Shown: one piece after another, positions 17,529 to 27,156 of the stretch
Layout of the letters: the number at the start of each line of letters is the position of its first letter
Position numbering within the stretch: the first letter of the stretch is position 1
Origin: Candidatus Kuenenia stuttgartensis
GTDB taxonomy: Bacteria; Planctomycetota; Planctomycetia; Gemmatales; Gemmataceae
DNA: 64,000 nucleotides
Reading direction: 5' to 3'
Assembly (NCBI GenBank): GCA_945897965.1
Contig: CAMDHK010000001.1
Span: forward strand, 16,231 to 80,230
Made by a program: the position numbers and the translations under genes
Notes under the pieces: model-generated
Told to the model about the DNA's origin: nothing
Database searches by the model: none
What the model saw: only the letters and a program-made list of their open reading frames with translations

Positions 17529-19559
17529 ATGCAAGTAACTAACATTGCAAGGTTTGTATTTTTCATTGCATTGCCAACCGGAATCGCATTATTTCCAACT
17601 TCATCCTTTTCTCAACAAGATGTCGCAACAAAACAAGGAAAAGAAATAAATCTCAAAGAAGAAGTCTCTAATCTTTTGACAAAAAGAGCTCTTCTAACAA
17701 AAGAACTTGAATCACTTAAAAAAAACCAGGCTCATGAGCACGATTTACCTGATATCGAAATTTACATCAAAGCTATTGATTGGCTTGTTAGAACCAAAGA
17801 TTTTGATCAAAAAGATACATTCAAAAAAGCGAATTTTATTGCAGACCAAGGAATTGCCAGGGCTTTAAAACTTCAAAACAATCAAAAACCTTGGTTATCC
17901 ACTTTCAACACACCCCAAGCTAGGGCTTATCGCTCCGCAATCGATAATTCACTGCAAGCGTATGCAATCATTTATCCAAAAGATTTTGGCTTAATTAAAA
18001 CAAAGAAATACCCTTTACACCTAGTACTACATGGCAAGAACGAAAAGCTAAATGAAGTTAATTTTCTTTATGAAAACAGGGGTGATAAACCGCTTTCAGG
18101 TGATCAGGATTTTATCCAGCTTTCGATATATGGAAGGGGAAATAATGCATACCGCTGGGCTGGGGAAACAGATCTCAATGAAGCCATACAAAACTTTACA
18201 GAACAAGAAAAACGCCTAGGACGGGACCACTTGATTGATAACGCCCGTTTTGTTGTTCGCGGTTTCTCCATGGGGGGTGCCGGCACTTGGCATCTGGGTT
18301 TGCATCAACCGGATCGCTGGTGCGTGATGGGGCCAGGGGCCGGCTTTACAATCACTCATGGTTATGCTCCAAATTTGCCTGCAAAACTTCCCGATCAACA
18401 GGAAGCATGCTTGAGTATTTACGACGCGTATCTTTATGCTGAAAATGCATTCAATATTCCGGTGGTTGCCTATTCAGGCGAGATCGACAAACAAAAGCAA
18501 GCTGCAGACATCATGGAAAAAAACATCAAAAGTTTTGGCTTGCCGATGCAACACTTAATCGCTCCGGGGTTGGAACATAAATTTCCACCTGAATGGCAAC
18601 AAAAAGCGTTTGCCGCTTATGCGCCACATATTGCCAAGGGCAGGGCACCTTATCCTGAAAAAATCAAATTCGTAACCTACACGCTCAAGTATGCAAAATG
18701 CGATTGGATTGAGATTTTAGGATTAAAAAAGCACTACATTCGATCAAGAGTTGAAGGTTCATTTAACGGCCAAAGCTACCAGTTGCAAAGCGAAAACATA
18801 ACAAAAATTTCGATCAGTTTACCAGTGGACAAAAGTAAATCCAGCCTACCAAACAAATCAATTGCACTGGTTTTTGATGGGCAAAAAATCTCCGCTACTC
18901 CAATATTAGTTGATGGTGCAATGAAAATAATTTTGGAAAAGGATGAAAAGAATATCTGGTCTATGGCTGCCACAAAATCAGGGGCAAATAAGGCTAAAAT
19001 TCCTGGCTTACAGGGACCGATCGACGATGCTTTTACCAAGGGGTTTTTGTGCGTGACTGGCACTGGCACTCCTTGGAATGAACTTGCGCACAAAACATCA
19101 CTTCAAGAACTTGAACGATTCAAAAAAGATTGGGAATTGTTTTTCAGAGCGGAACTTCCCGTTAAAAAAGATTCCATGGTAACTACCAATGATCTTGAAT
19201 CAAAAAACGTCATTCTTTTTGGAGATGGCGGTTCAAATTCATTAATTACAAAGGTTCTGCCAATGGCACCAATACAATGGAATAAATCTTCCATCCTTTT
19301 GAAAAACAAAACCTTTAATAGTGCGGAACATATGCCTGCATTAATTTTCCCAAGTCCATTTTCAAGTAAAAATTATGTAGTTATCAACAGTGGACATACT
19401 TTCCGGACAGAAGATTTAAAAGGAACCAATGCGCTTTTATTTCCGCGTTGGGGAGATTATGCGATTTTAAAAATCTCGCCTGCAATGCCCATAAAAGCCG
19501 AGTTACAAGAATCAGGGATTTTTGATGAGTCTTGGAGTTTGACAGAACGACCAAAGTAA
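17529..19559 (+). CDS. secreted alpha/beta hydrolase (esterase/peptidase-like)
   Basis: Signal peptide (FFIALPTGIALFPTSSFSQQ). The nucleophile elbow GFSMGG sits within VVRGFSMGGAGTWHLG. The protein is large, with a C-terminal extension. Confidence 0.6.
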   Translation: MQVTNIARFVFFIALPTGIALFPTSSFSQQDVATKQGKEINLKEEVSNLLTKRALLTKELESLKKNQAHEHDLPDIEIYIKAIDWLVRTKDFDQKDTFKKANFIADQGIARALKLQNNQKPWLSTFNTPQARAYRSAIDNSLQAYAIIYPKDFGLIKTKKYPLHLVLHGKNEKLNEVNFLYENRGDKPLSGDQDFIQLSIYGRGNNAYRWAGETDLNEAIQNFTEQEKRLGRDHLIDNARFVVRGFSMGGAGTWHLGLHQPDRWCVMGPGAGFTITHGYAPNLPAKLPDQQEACLSIYDAYLYAENAFNIPVVAYSGEIDKQKQAADIMEKNIKSFGLPMQHLIAPGLEHKFPPEWQQKAFAAYAPHIAKGRAPYPEKIKFVTYTLKYAKCDWIEILGLKKHYIRSRVEGSFNGQSYQLQSENITKISISLPVDKSKSSLPNKSIALVFDGQKISATPILVDGAMKIILEKDEKNIWSMAATKSGANKAKIPGLQGPIDDAFTKGFLCVTGTGTPWNELAHKTSLQELERFKKDWELFFRAELPVKKDSMVTTNDLESKNVILFGDGGSNSLITKVLPMAPIQWNKSSILLKNKTFNSAEHMPALIFPSPFSSKNYVVINSGHTFRTEDLKGTNALLFPRWGDYAILKISPAMPIKAELQESGIFDESWSLTERPK

Positions 19560-19798
19560 CACGATAAATGATCGTCATGCACAAACCGGGAAGCTGAATA
19601 TTTGAAAAGACCGGATTAATCGATATTTTTAAACAATTTCAAATTTATTCTTTAACATGATTTTTTCCTCTTAATTCCTATTCCATTAGATTAAGAGGGA
19701 ACATTTGTGGTATTAATGCAAGCGATTTAAAATAGCAGGCAATTAAAAGTGCTATATTTTAAAAACTATATCGGGCTCCGTTTAAAAGGAAAACGTCA

Positions 19799-21394
19799 AT
19801 GGATATGGATAAACTTGTTTCGCTTTGCAAAAGAAGAGGCTTCCTTTTCCAGTCGAGTGAAATTTATGGCGGGCTTAACGGCTTTTGGGATTATGGCCCC
19901 TTAGGAGTCGAATTAAAACGAAACATCAAGGAAGCTTGGTGGCAGGATATGATTTCAGGCCACAACGAACTTCTTATCAATAACGGGGCCCCATGCGAAC
20001 ACCAAATGGTTGGTATTGATTGCAGCATCATCATGCATCCTCAGGTTTGGAAATGCTCGGGCCATTACGATTTATTTCATGACTTCATGGTCGATTGCAA
20101 AGAATCAAAAAAACGCTATAGACATGATCAGGTAAGAGGTCGATGGGCTCTTGCCAAAGAACAGCGGGTATTTATTGCAACGCAATCAGGTGGGGAAGAA
20201 GGGCTTCAAGAAACGGAACAAAAGGCCTTAAAGTTCTTTAATCTGCGCGCAAAATCATTAGAAGAAATATCCTGGGATGGGCCTTTGGTTTCACTGATTA
20301 CCATTACCGATTTCGATAAAGTGCTGGGGCCGGATGCAAAGGCAATCGGCACACTTACCCCGCCACGCGAATTTAACCTGATGTTCAAGACCATTGTTGG
20401 GGCCATGGGAGGCGAAGAAAGCTCGGCGTTTCTAAGGCCCGAAACTGCTCAGGGAATTTTCGTAAACTTTAAAAATGTAGTCGATTCTACCAGAGTAAAA
20501 ATACCTTTTGGCATTGCCCAGATAGGTAAAAGCTTCCGAAACGAAATTACTCCTCGCAACTTCACATTTAGATCCCGTGAATTCGAACAAATGGAAATTG
20601 AGTTTTTCTGTCACCCAAGCCAATCACCAGAATGGTATAAATATTGGCGCGATCGCAGATACAAATGGTATACCGATCTTGGCTTATCTTCTTCCAGATT
20701 ACAATTACGCGACCACGACAAAGACGAATTAAGCCATTATTCTTGTGGCACCGCTGACATTGAATACGCTTTCCCATTTTTACCTCCAGGCGAATTTGGC
20801 GAACTTGAAGGCATTGCCCATCGGGGTGATTTTGATCTTAAGAGCCATATGGAAGGAAAATTAGTTCGTTCCGGTGATGAACTAGTAGTCGAACTAGGTG
20901 AAGATGGAAAACCAAAACACCGTGGTTCAGGCAAAGACCTCCGATACTTCAATGACCAAACTCGGGAACGATTTATCCCCCATGTGATCGAACCATCCGC
21001 AGGCGCAGACCGGGGTACTTTGGCTTTCCTTTGCGAAGCATACTTCGAAGAGGAAATCGAAGGCGAAACCAGAGTTGTCTTGCGTTTAAATCCTAGAATC
21101 GCCCCTGTAAAAGCGGCTATTTTCCCGCTCGTCAACAAGGATGGTATGCCTGAAAAAGCGAAGGCTATCTATGGCGATCTTAAAAAAGAATTTGCTGTAT
21201 ATTTTGATGATGGAGGAGCCATTGGCAGAAGGTACCGTAGGCAGGACGAAATCGGCACCCCGATTTGCATCACCGTCGATGGCCAAACCAACCAAGACGA
21301 TACGGTTACCTGGCGAGATCGGGACACTCTCCAACAGAAACGCATTCCCATCCAAGGCCTGAAGGAAGAGTTGCGGAACTTATTAAAATCTTAG
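19799..21394 (+). CDS. glyQS: glycine--tRNA ligase (homodimeric class II type)
   Basis: N-terminus RGFLFQSSEIYGGLNGFWDYGPLG. Class II motifs FLRPETAQGIF, QIGKSFRNEITPR and SAGADRGTLA are present, with a C-terminal anticodon-binding domain. Confidence 0.95.
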   Translation: MDMDKLVSLCKRRGFLFQSSEIYGGLNGFWDYGPLGVELKRNIKEAWWQDMISGHNELLINNGAPCEHQMVGIDCSIIMHPQVWKCSGHYDLFHDFMVDCKESKKRYRHDQVRGRWALAKEQRVFIATQSGGEEGLQETEQKALKFFNLRAKSLEEISWDGPLVSLITITDFDKVLGPDAKAIGTLTPPREFNLMFKTIVGAMGGEESSAFLRPETAQGIFVNFKNVVDSTRVKIPFGIAQIGKSFRNEITPRNFTFRSREFEQMEIEFFCHPSQSPEWYKYWRDRRYKWYTDLGLSSSRLQLRDHDKDELSHYSCGTADIEYAFPFLPPGEFGELEGIAHRGDFDLKSHMEGKLVRSGDELVVELGEDGKPKHRGSGKDLRYFNDQTRERFIPHVIEPSAGADRGTLAFLCEAYFEEEIEGETRVVLRLNPRIAPVKAAIFPLVNKDGMPEKAKAIYGDLKKEFAVYFDDGGAIGRRYRRQDEIGTPICITVDGQTNQDDTVTWRDRDTLQQKRIPIQGLKEELRNLLKS

Positions 21395-21397
21395 GTT

Positions 21398-22471
21398 TTA
21401 GGGCTTTTTGTGCAACCTTAACGCATCCAGCGTCTGCTGGATGTCTGCAGGCACGGGGGCCTTTATTTCCAACAGTTGATTCGTTCGCGGATGCTTAAAA
21501 CGCAATCGAAATGCATGCAACGCCTGACGCCCAAGAAGTAAGGAATCTTCCTCATCTGGCAGATTTGGAAGGAAGCTTTTCAAGTGGATACTATCGCGCC
21601 CGCTATAGATTTTATCCGCTAATACTGGGTGCCCGATACTTCCCAAATGCACCCGAATCTGATGCGTCCGCCCGGTTCTGGGTTGCACTCGCACATAGGT
21701 ATAACCCTTGAATCGCTCGATCACCTCATAATAACTACACGCATCTTTGGCGTCTTCATTTCCCACATCATTAGTTACGATCATTTTCACCCGATCGGTC
21801 GGGTGATGGGCAATTTTCGCCTCTATGTAATCGGTATCTCTTTCTATAACACCCGAAGTGATTGCTATATATTCCTTAAACACTTTCCGCTGTTCAAACA
21901 ACATTGATAATTCGCGATGCGTTTGCTCATGCTTAGCAACAAGAATAACCCCGCTAGTATCTCGATCTAGCCTATGAACAATCCCTGGTCTATAATCACC
22001 ATTAATTGTACTTAATGTCTCAAAATGAAACCGCAAAGCATTTACAAGGGTACCACTCCAATGGCCTTTAGCTGGATGTACAACCATATTTGGGGGCTTA
22101 TTTATTACTGCGAGGTATTCATCTTCGTAAACAACATCCAGAGGGATATTTTCGGCCTGAGGTGCTGAACGCGTCGCGACAGGAGGTATTATTTTGATGA
22201 AGTCGCCATGCTTGACTCTGTAGCTCGACTTAGCTATTTTCTGATTAACAGTAACCCCGCCGCCTTCTATCACTCTTTGAACAACAGCCCGGCTATAGTC
22301 GGGGAATTGCATGACGAGAAATTGATCTAGCCTAACATTTTCAAGCCTTATTTTGGCGTGAACATCGATTTCGCGCGGGGCAGGAGGCTGAGCTTCAGCA
22401 TCAGGGGTTTCGATTTCTGCAAATTCAGTTTCATCCGTATCAATGTCATCAATTGGTTCAAATTCATCCAT
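21398..22471 (-). CDS. rluD: RluA-family 23S rRNA pseudouridine synthase (RluD-like)
   Basis: S4-like N-terminal domain (RLDQFL ...). The catalytic motif HRLDRDTSGV is present, along with KEYIAI and GRTHQIRVHL. Confidence 0.9.
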   Translation of the reverse strand: MDEFEPIDDIDTDETEFAEIETPDAEAQPPAPREIDVHAKIRLENVRLDQFLVMQFPDYSRAVVQRVIEGGGVTVNQKIAKSSYRVKHGDFIKIIPPVATRSAPQAENIPLDVVYEDEYLAVINKPPNMVVHPAKGHWSGTLVNALRFHFETLSTINGDYRPGIVHRLDRDTSGVILVAKHEQTHRELSMLFEQRKVFKEYIAITSGVIERDTDYIEAKIAHHPTDRVKMIVTNDVGNEDAKDACSYYEVIERFKGYTYVRVQPRTGRTHQIRVHLGSIGHPVLADKIYSGRDSIHLKSFLPNLPDEEDSLLLGRQALHAFRLRFKHPRTNQLLEIKAPVPADIQQTLDALRLHKKP

Positions 22472-22476
22472 TATAA

Positions 22477-23097
22477 TTAATCAAAATTCTTGTAGAAAGT
22501 CGCCAAATCAACCTGGTTATCCTGAAGATTTTTCAGGTATTTAACCGCAAGTGCACCCGCACCAGTTTTGTCGCCCAACAAACTAGCCTGAGTGTAGTAA
22601 TCTTTAGCTTTATCAAAGCGCCTGAGGGCCTCATGACCTTTTCCAGCATTAAGAAGAGATTGCGCCTTTAATTCAGGAATCAACATTGGGTCATTTATAA
22701 CCAGATCATAAAGTTCGATGGCTTTTTCAATATTGTTCGTTGCTTCTTTTTTAATCTCGAGGTTGGTGCTTGCAAAAAGAGTCATCCCTTGAGCAAGCAA
22801 AACTCTAGCAGCTTCAACTCGTGCAATTAAAGCTTGACTTGTACCTGAATTTTTTTGTGCAAACTCTTGAAGCGCTGCAGATTGCTGACTAAACCCTAGA
22901 CCTGCCCAACGCTTCGACTCTTCTTCAAAAACATTATTTGAAACCGTAGTGACGGTAAAATAAATTGCGCAAAGCAAAATCATCGAAATAGCAGCAACAA
23001 TGATTTTCTTTCCATGAATTTCTGCAAAATCCGCAAAGGACATCCTCATGGAATGAACTTCAACTAACTGATTATGGGGTTGCTCTTGTGTTGTCAT
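22477..23097 (-). CDS. membrane-anchored TPR-like protein
   Basis: One TM span (IIVAAISMILLCAIYFTV) is followed by helical-repeat sequence. The ATG at 23097 is preceded by GGAGAAGGA; the ORF-track TTG at 23112 is less likely. Confidence 0.5.
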   Translation of the reverse strand: MTTQEQPHNQLVEVHSMRMSFADFAEIHGKKIIVAAISMILLCAIYFTVTTVSNNVFEEESKRWAGLGFSQQSAALQEFAQKNSGTSQALIARVEAARVLLAQGMTLFASTNLEIKKEATNNIEKAIELYDLVINDPMLIPELKAQSLLNAGKGHEALRRFDKAKDYYTQASLLGDKTGAGALAVKYLKNLQDNQVDLATFYKNFD

Positions 23098-23215
23098 TCC
23101 TTCTCCAAACAATTTGAACTGATTAAAGCTCTAATGCCTAATTACAATAAGGTTGTTATATGGAAAATATAAAGGGGATTTAATGAAGGGTCAATCGCAA
23201 GCAATGCAGAATAAG

Positions 23216-23581
23216 CTAATTCTTTTCAGGTAACTGAGCTTCATAACCAACTTTTTTGACTGCTTTTGCGAGGGTATCTGCTTCCATAATTGCCTTGGAA
23301 CCACCTACACCTGCCCTAACAAGGGCAACATACCAAAAGCGCAACCGATCCCTCTGAGGCAATTCAGCAGATTTCAAACCAAGGGTTTCAACATCATCGG
23401 GATTCCAACGGCTCTTTTTTAATTTTTCAGAAACTTGCCTAAAAGTTAATCCATTGGAAATAACTTGGCCACTTTCATCCGTAATACGGTAGGCAACCAA
23501 TAAATTAAGCAGCCCTAGGAATCTCCCGAGATGGAGAGATTTGGTTTTTACTGCCAACAAAAATTGATCAATAGAATCCAT
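23216..23581 (-). CDS. hypothetical protein
   Basis: 121-aa ORF with protein-like composition. No motif recognised. Confidence 0.4.
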   Translation of the reverse strand: MDSIDQFLLAVKTKSLHLGRFLGLLNLLVAYRITDESGQVISNGLTFRQVSEKLKKSRWNPDDVETLGLKSAELPQRDRLRFWYVALVRAGVGGSKAIMEADTLAKAVKKVGYEAQLPEKN

Positions 23582-23948
23582 GAACTTTTCAATTCAGCAA
23601 AATCACCTGTTACAAATCAACCACCGACGATTCGGAATATAAAAGCAACTTGCAACTGTTTCCTAGAGTAACACAAGACCATGATCATAAATATAGGGAA
23701 TACTGGCAATTTAACCGCTTTGTACTAAATATGCCGATTTTAACTGAATACCCCATGTTTTCATTCATTTTATCAGCAAAATAAAAACCTTTTTTCGATG
23801 CTTTAACAAAATATTTATTCAATTAAGCATAACTTTTGTCAGCTGAACAAATTCCAAAAGCTATGTTTTTTTCGCTGCTAAGCTTCTCAATCTACTTTTT
23901 AGCATTACCTTACATGGACAATTATTGAGTTCTTCTTAGGAGGCCAGG

Positions 23949-24935
23949 ATGGTCCAAGTTAAAAAATACAGTTCATCAAATCTTTATGAACTAAGGTCTG
24001 ATTTACCAAAACTCCCAGAAATTCGTATCCATGATAATTCAGAACGGAGTTTATATCATCTTTTCGACACATCAAAAGAAAGCATATTCGGCATTAATTT
24101 GGCTAAAAATTGCCCCTTTCAGCCTTCCCACCCCGGTTTAAACACCAACTTTCAAATGCTTGATTACAGTTTGCCTCGGGATGCGGAACAAAAAACAGGT
24201 TGGGAAATAGAATTCAGCAAAACATTACCAGATGCAATTTTAATAGGCCAGAACTACGAACCCTTTAGTTCCTTTGAAAAAACCCGAACTCTTGCTATTA
24301 GATTGGGGAAGTTCCTGGCAAATCAAGGTTTCAAGATTTGGTATCAAACCCGAGCAACCCTGGATCTCGAACTCTTTGAAACTTTGCTTTATTTAGAAGA
24401 AGATGTGCAACTCCTATTACCTTTTCACACCTTAAACGATCGGATCGCAAAATTAATCGAGCCTTTTTGCCCTGCTCCAAACACCAGGCTAAAACAGGTA
24501 GAAACTCTAAAGAACTTGGGGATTCCCTATGAAATATGCCTAGATTCGCTTATTCCTGGCTTAAACGACTCTAAAGCCAACCTTTTTCCATTACTGGAAT
24601 CTCTTGCAGAAAAAGGCATTAAAAGAGCCACCGTTTCGTTTATGCACCTTCCAACGGGGTTTCGTTCTAACCTAAACAAACAAAAACAGCAGATGTTTTC
24701 CATGTGGTCGGCTGGTATTGAGTTCGAATTTGCTGGCCTGGGTATTCGAAAGTTACTTAATGCAACCTACCGCAAGGCAAAATATGCTGAGATCATGGCA
24801 TGGGGTAAGGAATTCGGCATTAAAATCGTTGTCGATGGGATTGCAAACCCAGACTTGGCACGAAAATCTCTGCCAGATACCCAAAGTATTACCTCAAATC
24901 TTAAAGAACGATATTTGGCACTTTCTACCAAGTAG
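23949..24935 (+). CDS. hypothetical protein, possibly a radical-SAM/SplB-like TIM-barrel fold lacking the CX3CX2C cluster
   Basis: Strong Shine-Dalgarno (TAGGAGG) upstream of the ATG. The overall pattern resembles COG1533-type proteins, but the position of the Fe-S Cys triad reads INLAKNCPFQPSHPG. The homology call is weak. Confidence 0.4.
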   Translation: MVQVKKYSSSNLYELRSDLPKLPEIRIHDNSERSLYHLFDTSKESIFGINLAKNCPFQPSHPGLNTNFQMLDYSLPRDAEQKTGWEIEFSKTLPDAILIGQNYEPFSSFEKTRTLAIRLGKFLANQGFKIWYQTRATLDLELFETLLYLEEDVQLLLPFHTLNDRIAKLIEPFCPAPNTRLKQVETLKNLGIPYEICLDSLIPGLNDSKANLFPLLESLAEKGIKRATVSFMHLPTGFRSNLNKQKQQMFSMWSAGIEFEFAGLGIRKLLNATYRKAKYAEIMAWGKEFGIKIVVDGIANPDLARKSLPDTQSITSNLKERYLALSTK

Positions 24936-25032
24936 CAAAAAGCGTCTAAAATTTTATCTTATTCAATCTCAAGTCTTGGTATAACTACTCAATTGAATTT
25001 GAAGAATTAATAATTTTAAAACGGCAATTGAA

Positions 25033-27156
25033 ATGGCAAACGGCATCGAGAAAATTGACAACGCTCAGGTATATCAACCCGCCAACACTCTTTATTCACG
25101 GACTTTCATTGCGCTATTGATTGCCCAATTTTTTGCTGCTTTTAATGATCAGGCGATTCATGCTTCAGCAATGTTTTTTGCAATCAACAAATCGATTTTG
25201 AATGAAGCACAGGCTATTTCCCTTATGCCCATTCTTTTTTACGCACCTTGGGCGATCTTTTGCACTTTGGCAGGATACCTTGCAGATCGTTACAGCAAGC
25301 AAAGCTCATTAATATTTTGGAAGATGGCTGAACTTCTAATCACAGCAATTGCATTACTTGGATTCTGGCTTGGAAATCAGGATTACGATGAAGGCCCATG
25401 GATTGTACTTTCCACGGTATTTCTCATGGGCTTACATAGTGCTTTTTTTGTACCTGCAAAATATGGCATCATGCCCGAAATCCTAAAATCACACCTGCTT
25501 TCAAAAGGCAACGGTATGCTGGAATCCCTATCTTTTCTTGCGGTGATCTTGGGCACCGTTTTTGGCGGAGTATTGTCCTATCATTTTAAAGGCCAGGAAT
25601 ATTGGATAGGCATAATTCTTTTTATTCTTGCAGCAATTGGCGCCATTGCTAGCCTTTGGATCGAAAAAATCCCTTCTGCAAATCCCGATCGAAAGTTTCC
25701 GCCCTACCTTTATCAACCTGTTTATGCCAATCTCAAAGAAATGTTCCGCTCCAGACCATTAGCTATTGCAGTCATAGGCATTGCTTTTTTCACGTTTATT
25801 GTCGCATTTAGCAGAGCCACCATTTACATGCATGGCGAGTCCCAACTTCCCAGATGGAGCGAACAGGAAACAAGTGTAATAGTTGGGATGGTTGCACTTG
25901 GAATAGGATTTGGCAGTCCTCTAGTGGGATACCTTTCGGGTGGAAAAATTGAAATGGGCCTTATTCCTATTGGAATCATAGGAATGGTTTTTGGTCTAAT
26001 TGGGGAAGCGTTATTTCTTGACCACCTTGGCTTTCTTATTTCTTTTATCATAACAACAGGTTTCTTTACGGGTTTTTATGTTGTTCCACTTTTTACCCTA
26101 TTGCAAGATCGCGCTCCAAAATCAAGCAAAGGCGATGTCATCGCCACTAGCAACCTTATCAATGTCACGGGGGCAATTCTTGCTTCTTTTTTATTCTTTA
26201 TCATTGTAAAGATGGCTCATTTGTCTGGGGTTTGCCCGGAAATCCAACTCTATAAAATAACTGAGGGCAATCTTAAATCCATTCAATTGAACCATGGTCG
26301 ACCCATCAGTTATGAGCTAAGCATTACCACAATTGATGGCAACAAAACCGAAACATCTTTCAAAATCTCTCCAACAACCGCCATTGATAAATTTTCAGAG
26401 GATGTAGTGGTTGGCGCAGCAATAGTAGAAAAATCGTATCGCCTAGGGGGTGTTGAACATCGGAAGCTTTATGAACAAAACGAAAGCCAGCCAACGATGT
26501 TCGATAATCATTTTCTACCCAGATACCTTTTTCTTGTAGCTGCCTTTTTCACATTAGCTACTCTTATAATTATCAGAATCCGCATGCCTGATCTATTTCT
26601 AAGAACAATCCTTTGGGGGTTCTTCTTTTCGAAATACATTTTAAGAGCTCATGGTTTACACAATTTAAAAAGCCATGGCCCAGTTTTAATTGTTCATGAG
26701 GGCAACAACCTTGAGGATTCTTATTTGATTCTTTCGGCAACCGACCGAACCCCAAGGAATCTATTCCATGCAAATTCTTCTGGGGAAAACATCCCCGCCT
26801 TAATTAATCGGTTGGCAAAAAAACACAGTCTGGCTTGGTTGAATTCTAACGAATACTCCCCAGAGGAATTAACCAAGATACTTGCAAGATCCCGAAAAAA
26901 CATTGCAAAACAGCACGCCATTTCACTATCGTTGAAGGGGCCTTGGATTAATGGCATACTCGAAATGATTAACGAATTGAATATCCCTGTGGTTCCTGTA
27001 CTTATCTCACGCGAGCTAAATTCAACGACCAAGGCAAACAACCTTGTGTATGTTAATTTCGGCAAAGAAATTAATTCAAAAGTGAATCTGGAATCGCTGA
27101 TCTTAGCCTGCAGGGAAATTAAAACCCCAATTAACGGAGAGACTCCAAAGGCTTGA
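25033..27156 (+). CDS. MFS transporter fused to an acyltransferase-like C-terminal domain (LplT/Aas-like architecture)
   Basis: The N-terminal ~400 aa has about 12 TM spans with MFS-like loops (GYLADRYSK). The C-terminal ~180 aa resembles a PlsC-type acyltransferase, but its H-box reads VHEGNNLED rather than HX4D. Confidence 0.6.
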   Translation: MANGIEKIDNAQVYQPANTLYSRTFIALLIAQFFAAFNDQAIHASAMFFAINKSILNEAQAISLMPILFYAPWAIFCTLAGYLADRYSKQSSLIFWKMAELLITAIALLGFWLGNQDYDEGPWIVLSTVFLMGLHSAFFVPAKYGIMPEILKSHLLSKGNGMLESLSFLAVILGTVFGGVLSYHFKGQEYWIGIILFILAAIGAIASLWIEKIPSANPDRKFPPYLYQPVYANLKEMFRSRPLAIAVIGIAFFTFIVAFSRATIYMHGESQLPRWSEQETSVIVGMVALGIGFGSPLVGYLSGGKIEMGLIPIGIIGMVFGLIGEALFLDHLGFLISFIITTGFFTGFYVVPLFTLLQDRAPKSSKGDVIATSNLINVTGAILASFLFFIIVKMAHLSGVCPEIQLYKITEGNLKSIQLNHGRPISYELSITTIDGNKTETSFKISPTTAIDKFSEDVVVGAAIVEKSYRLGGVEHRKLYEQNESQPTMFDNHFLPRYLFLVAAFFTLATLIIIRIRMPDLFLRTILWGFFFSKYILRAHGLHNLKSHGPVLIVHEGNNLEDSYLILSATDRTPRNLFHANSSGENIPALINRLAKKHSLAWLNSNEYSPEELTKILARSRKNIAKQHAISLSLKGPWINGILEMINELNIPVVPVLISRELNSTTKANNLVYVNFGKEINSKVNLESLILACREIKTPINGETPKA

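Noticed and set aside
19560-19798. Possible T-box or glycine riboswitch upstream of glyQS.
   Set aside because: I found no T-box sequence (AANNNGGGTGGNACCGCG type), no specifier/antiterminator arrangement and no tandem glycine aptamers. Only one simple hairpin is present.
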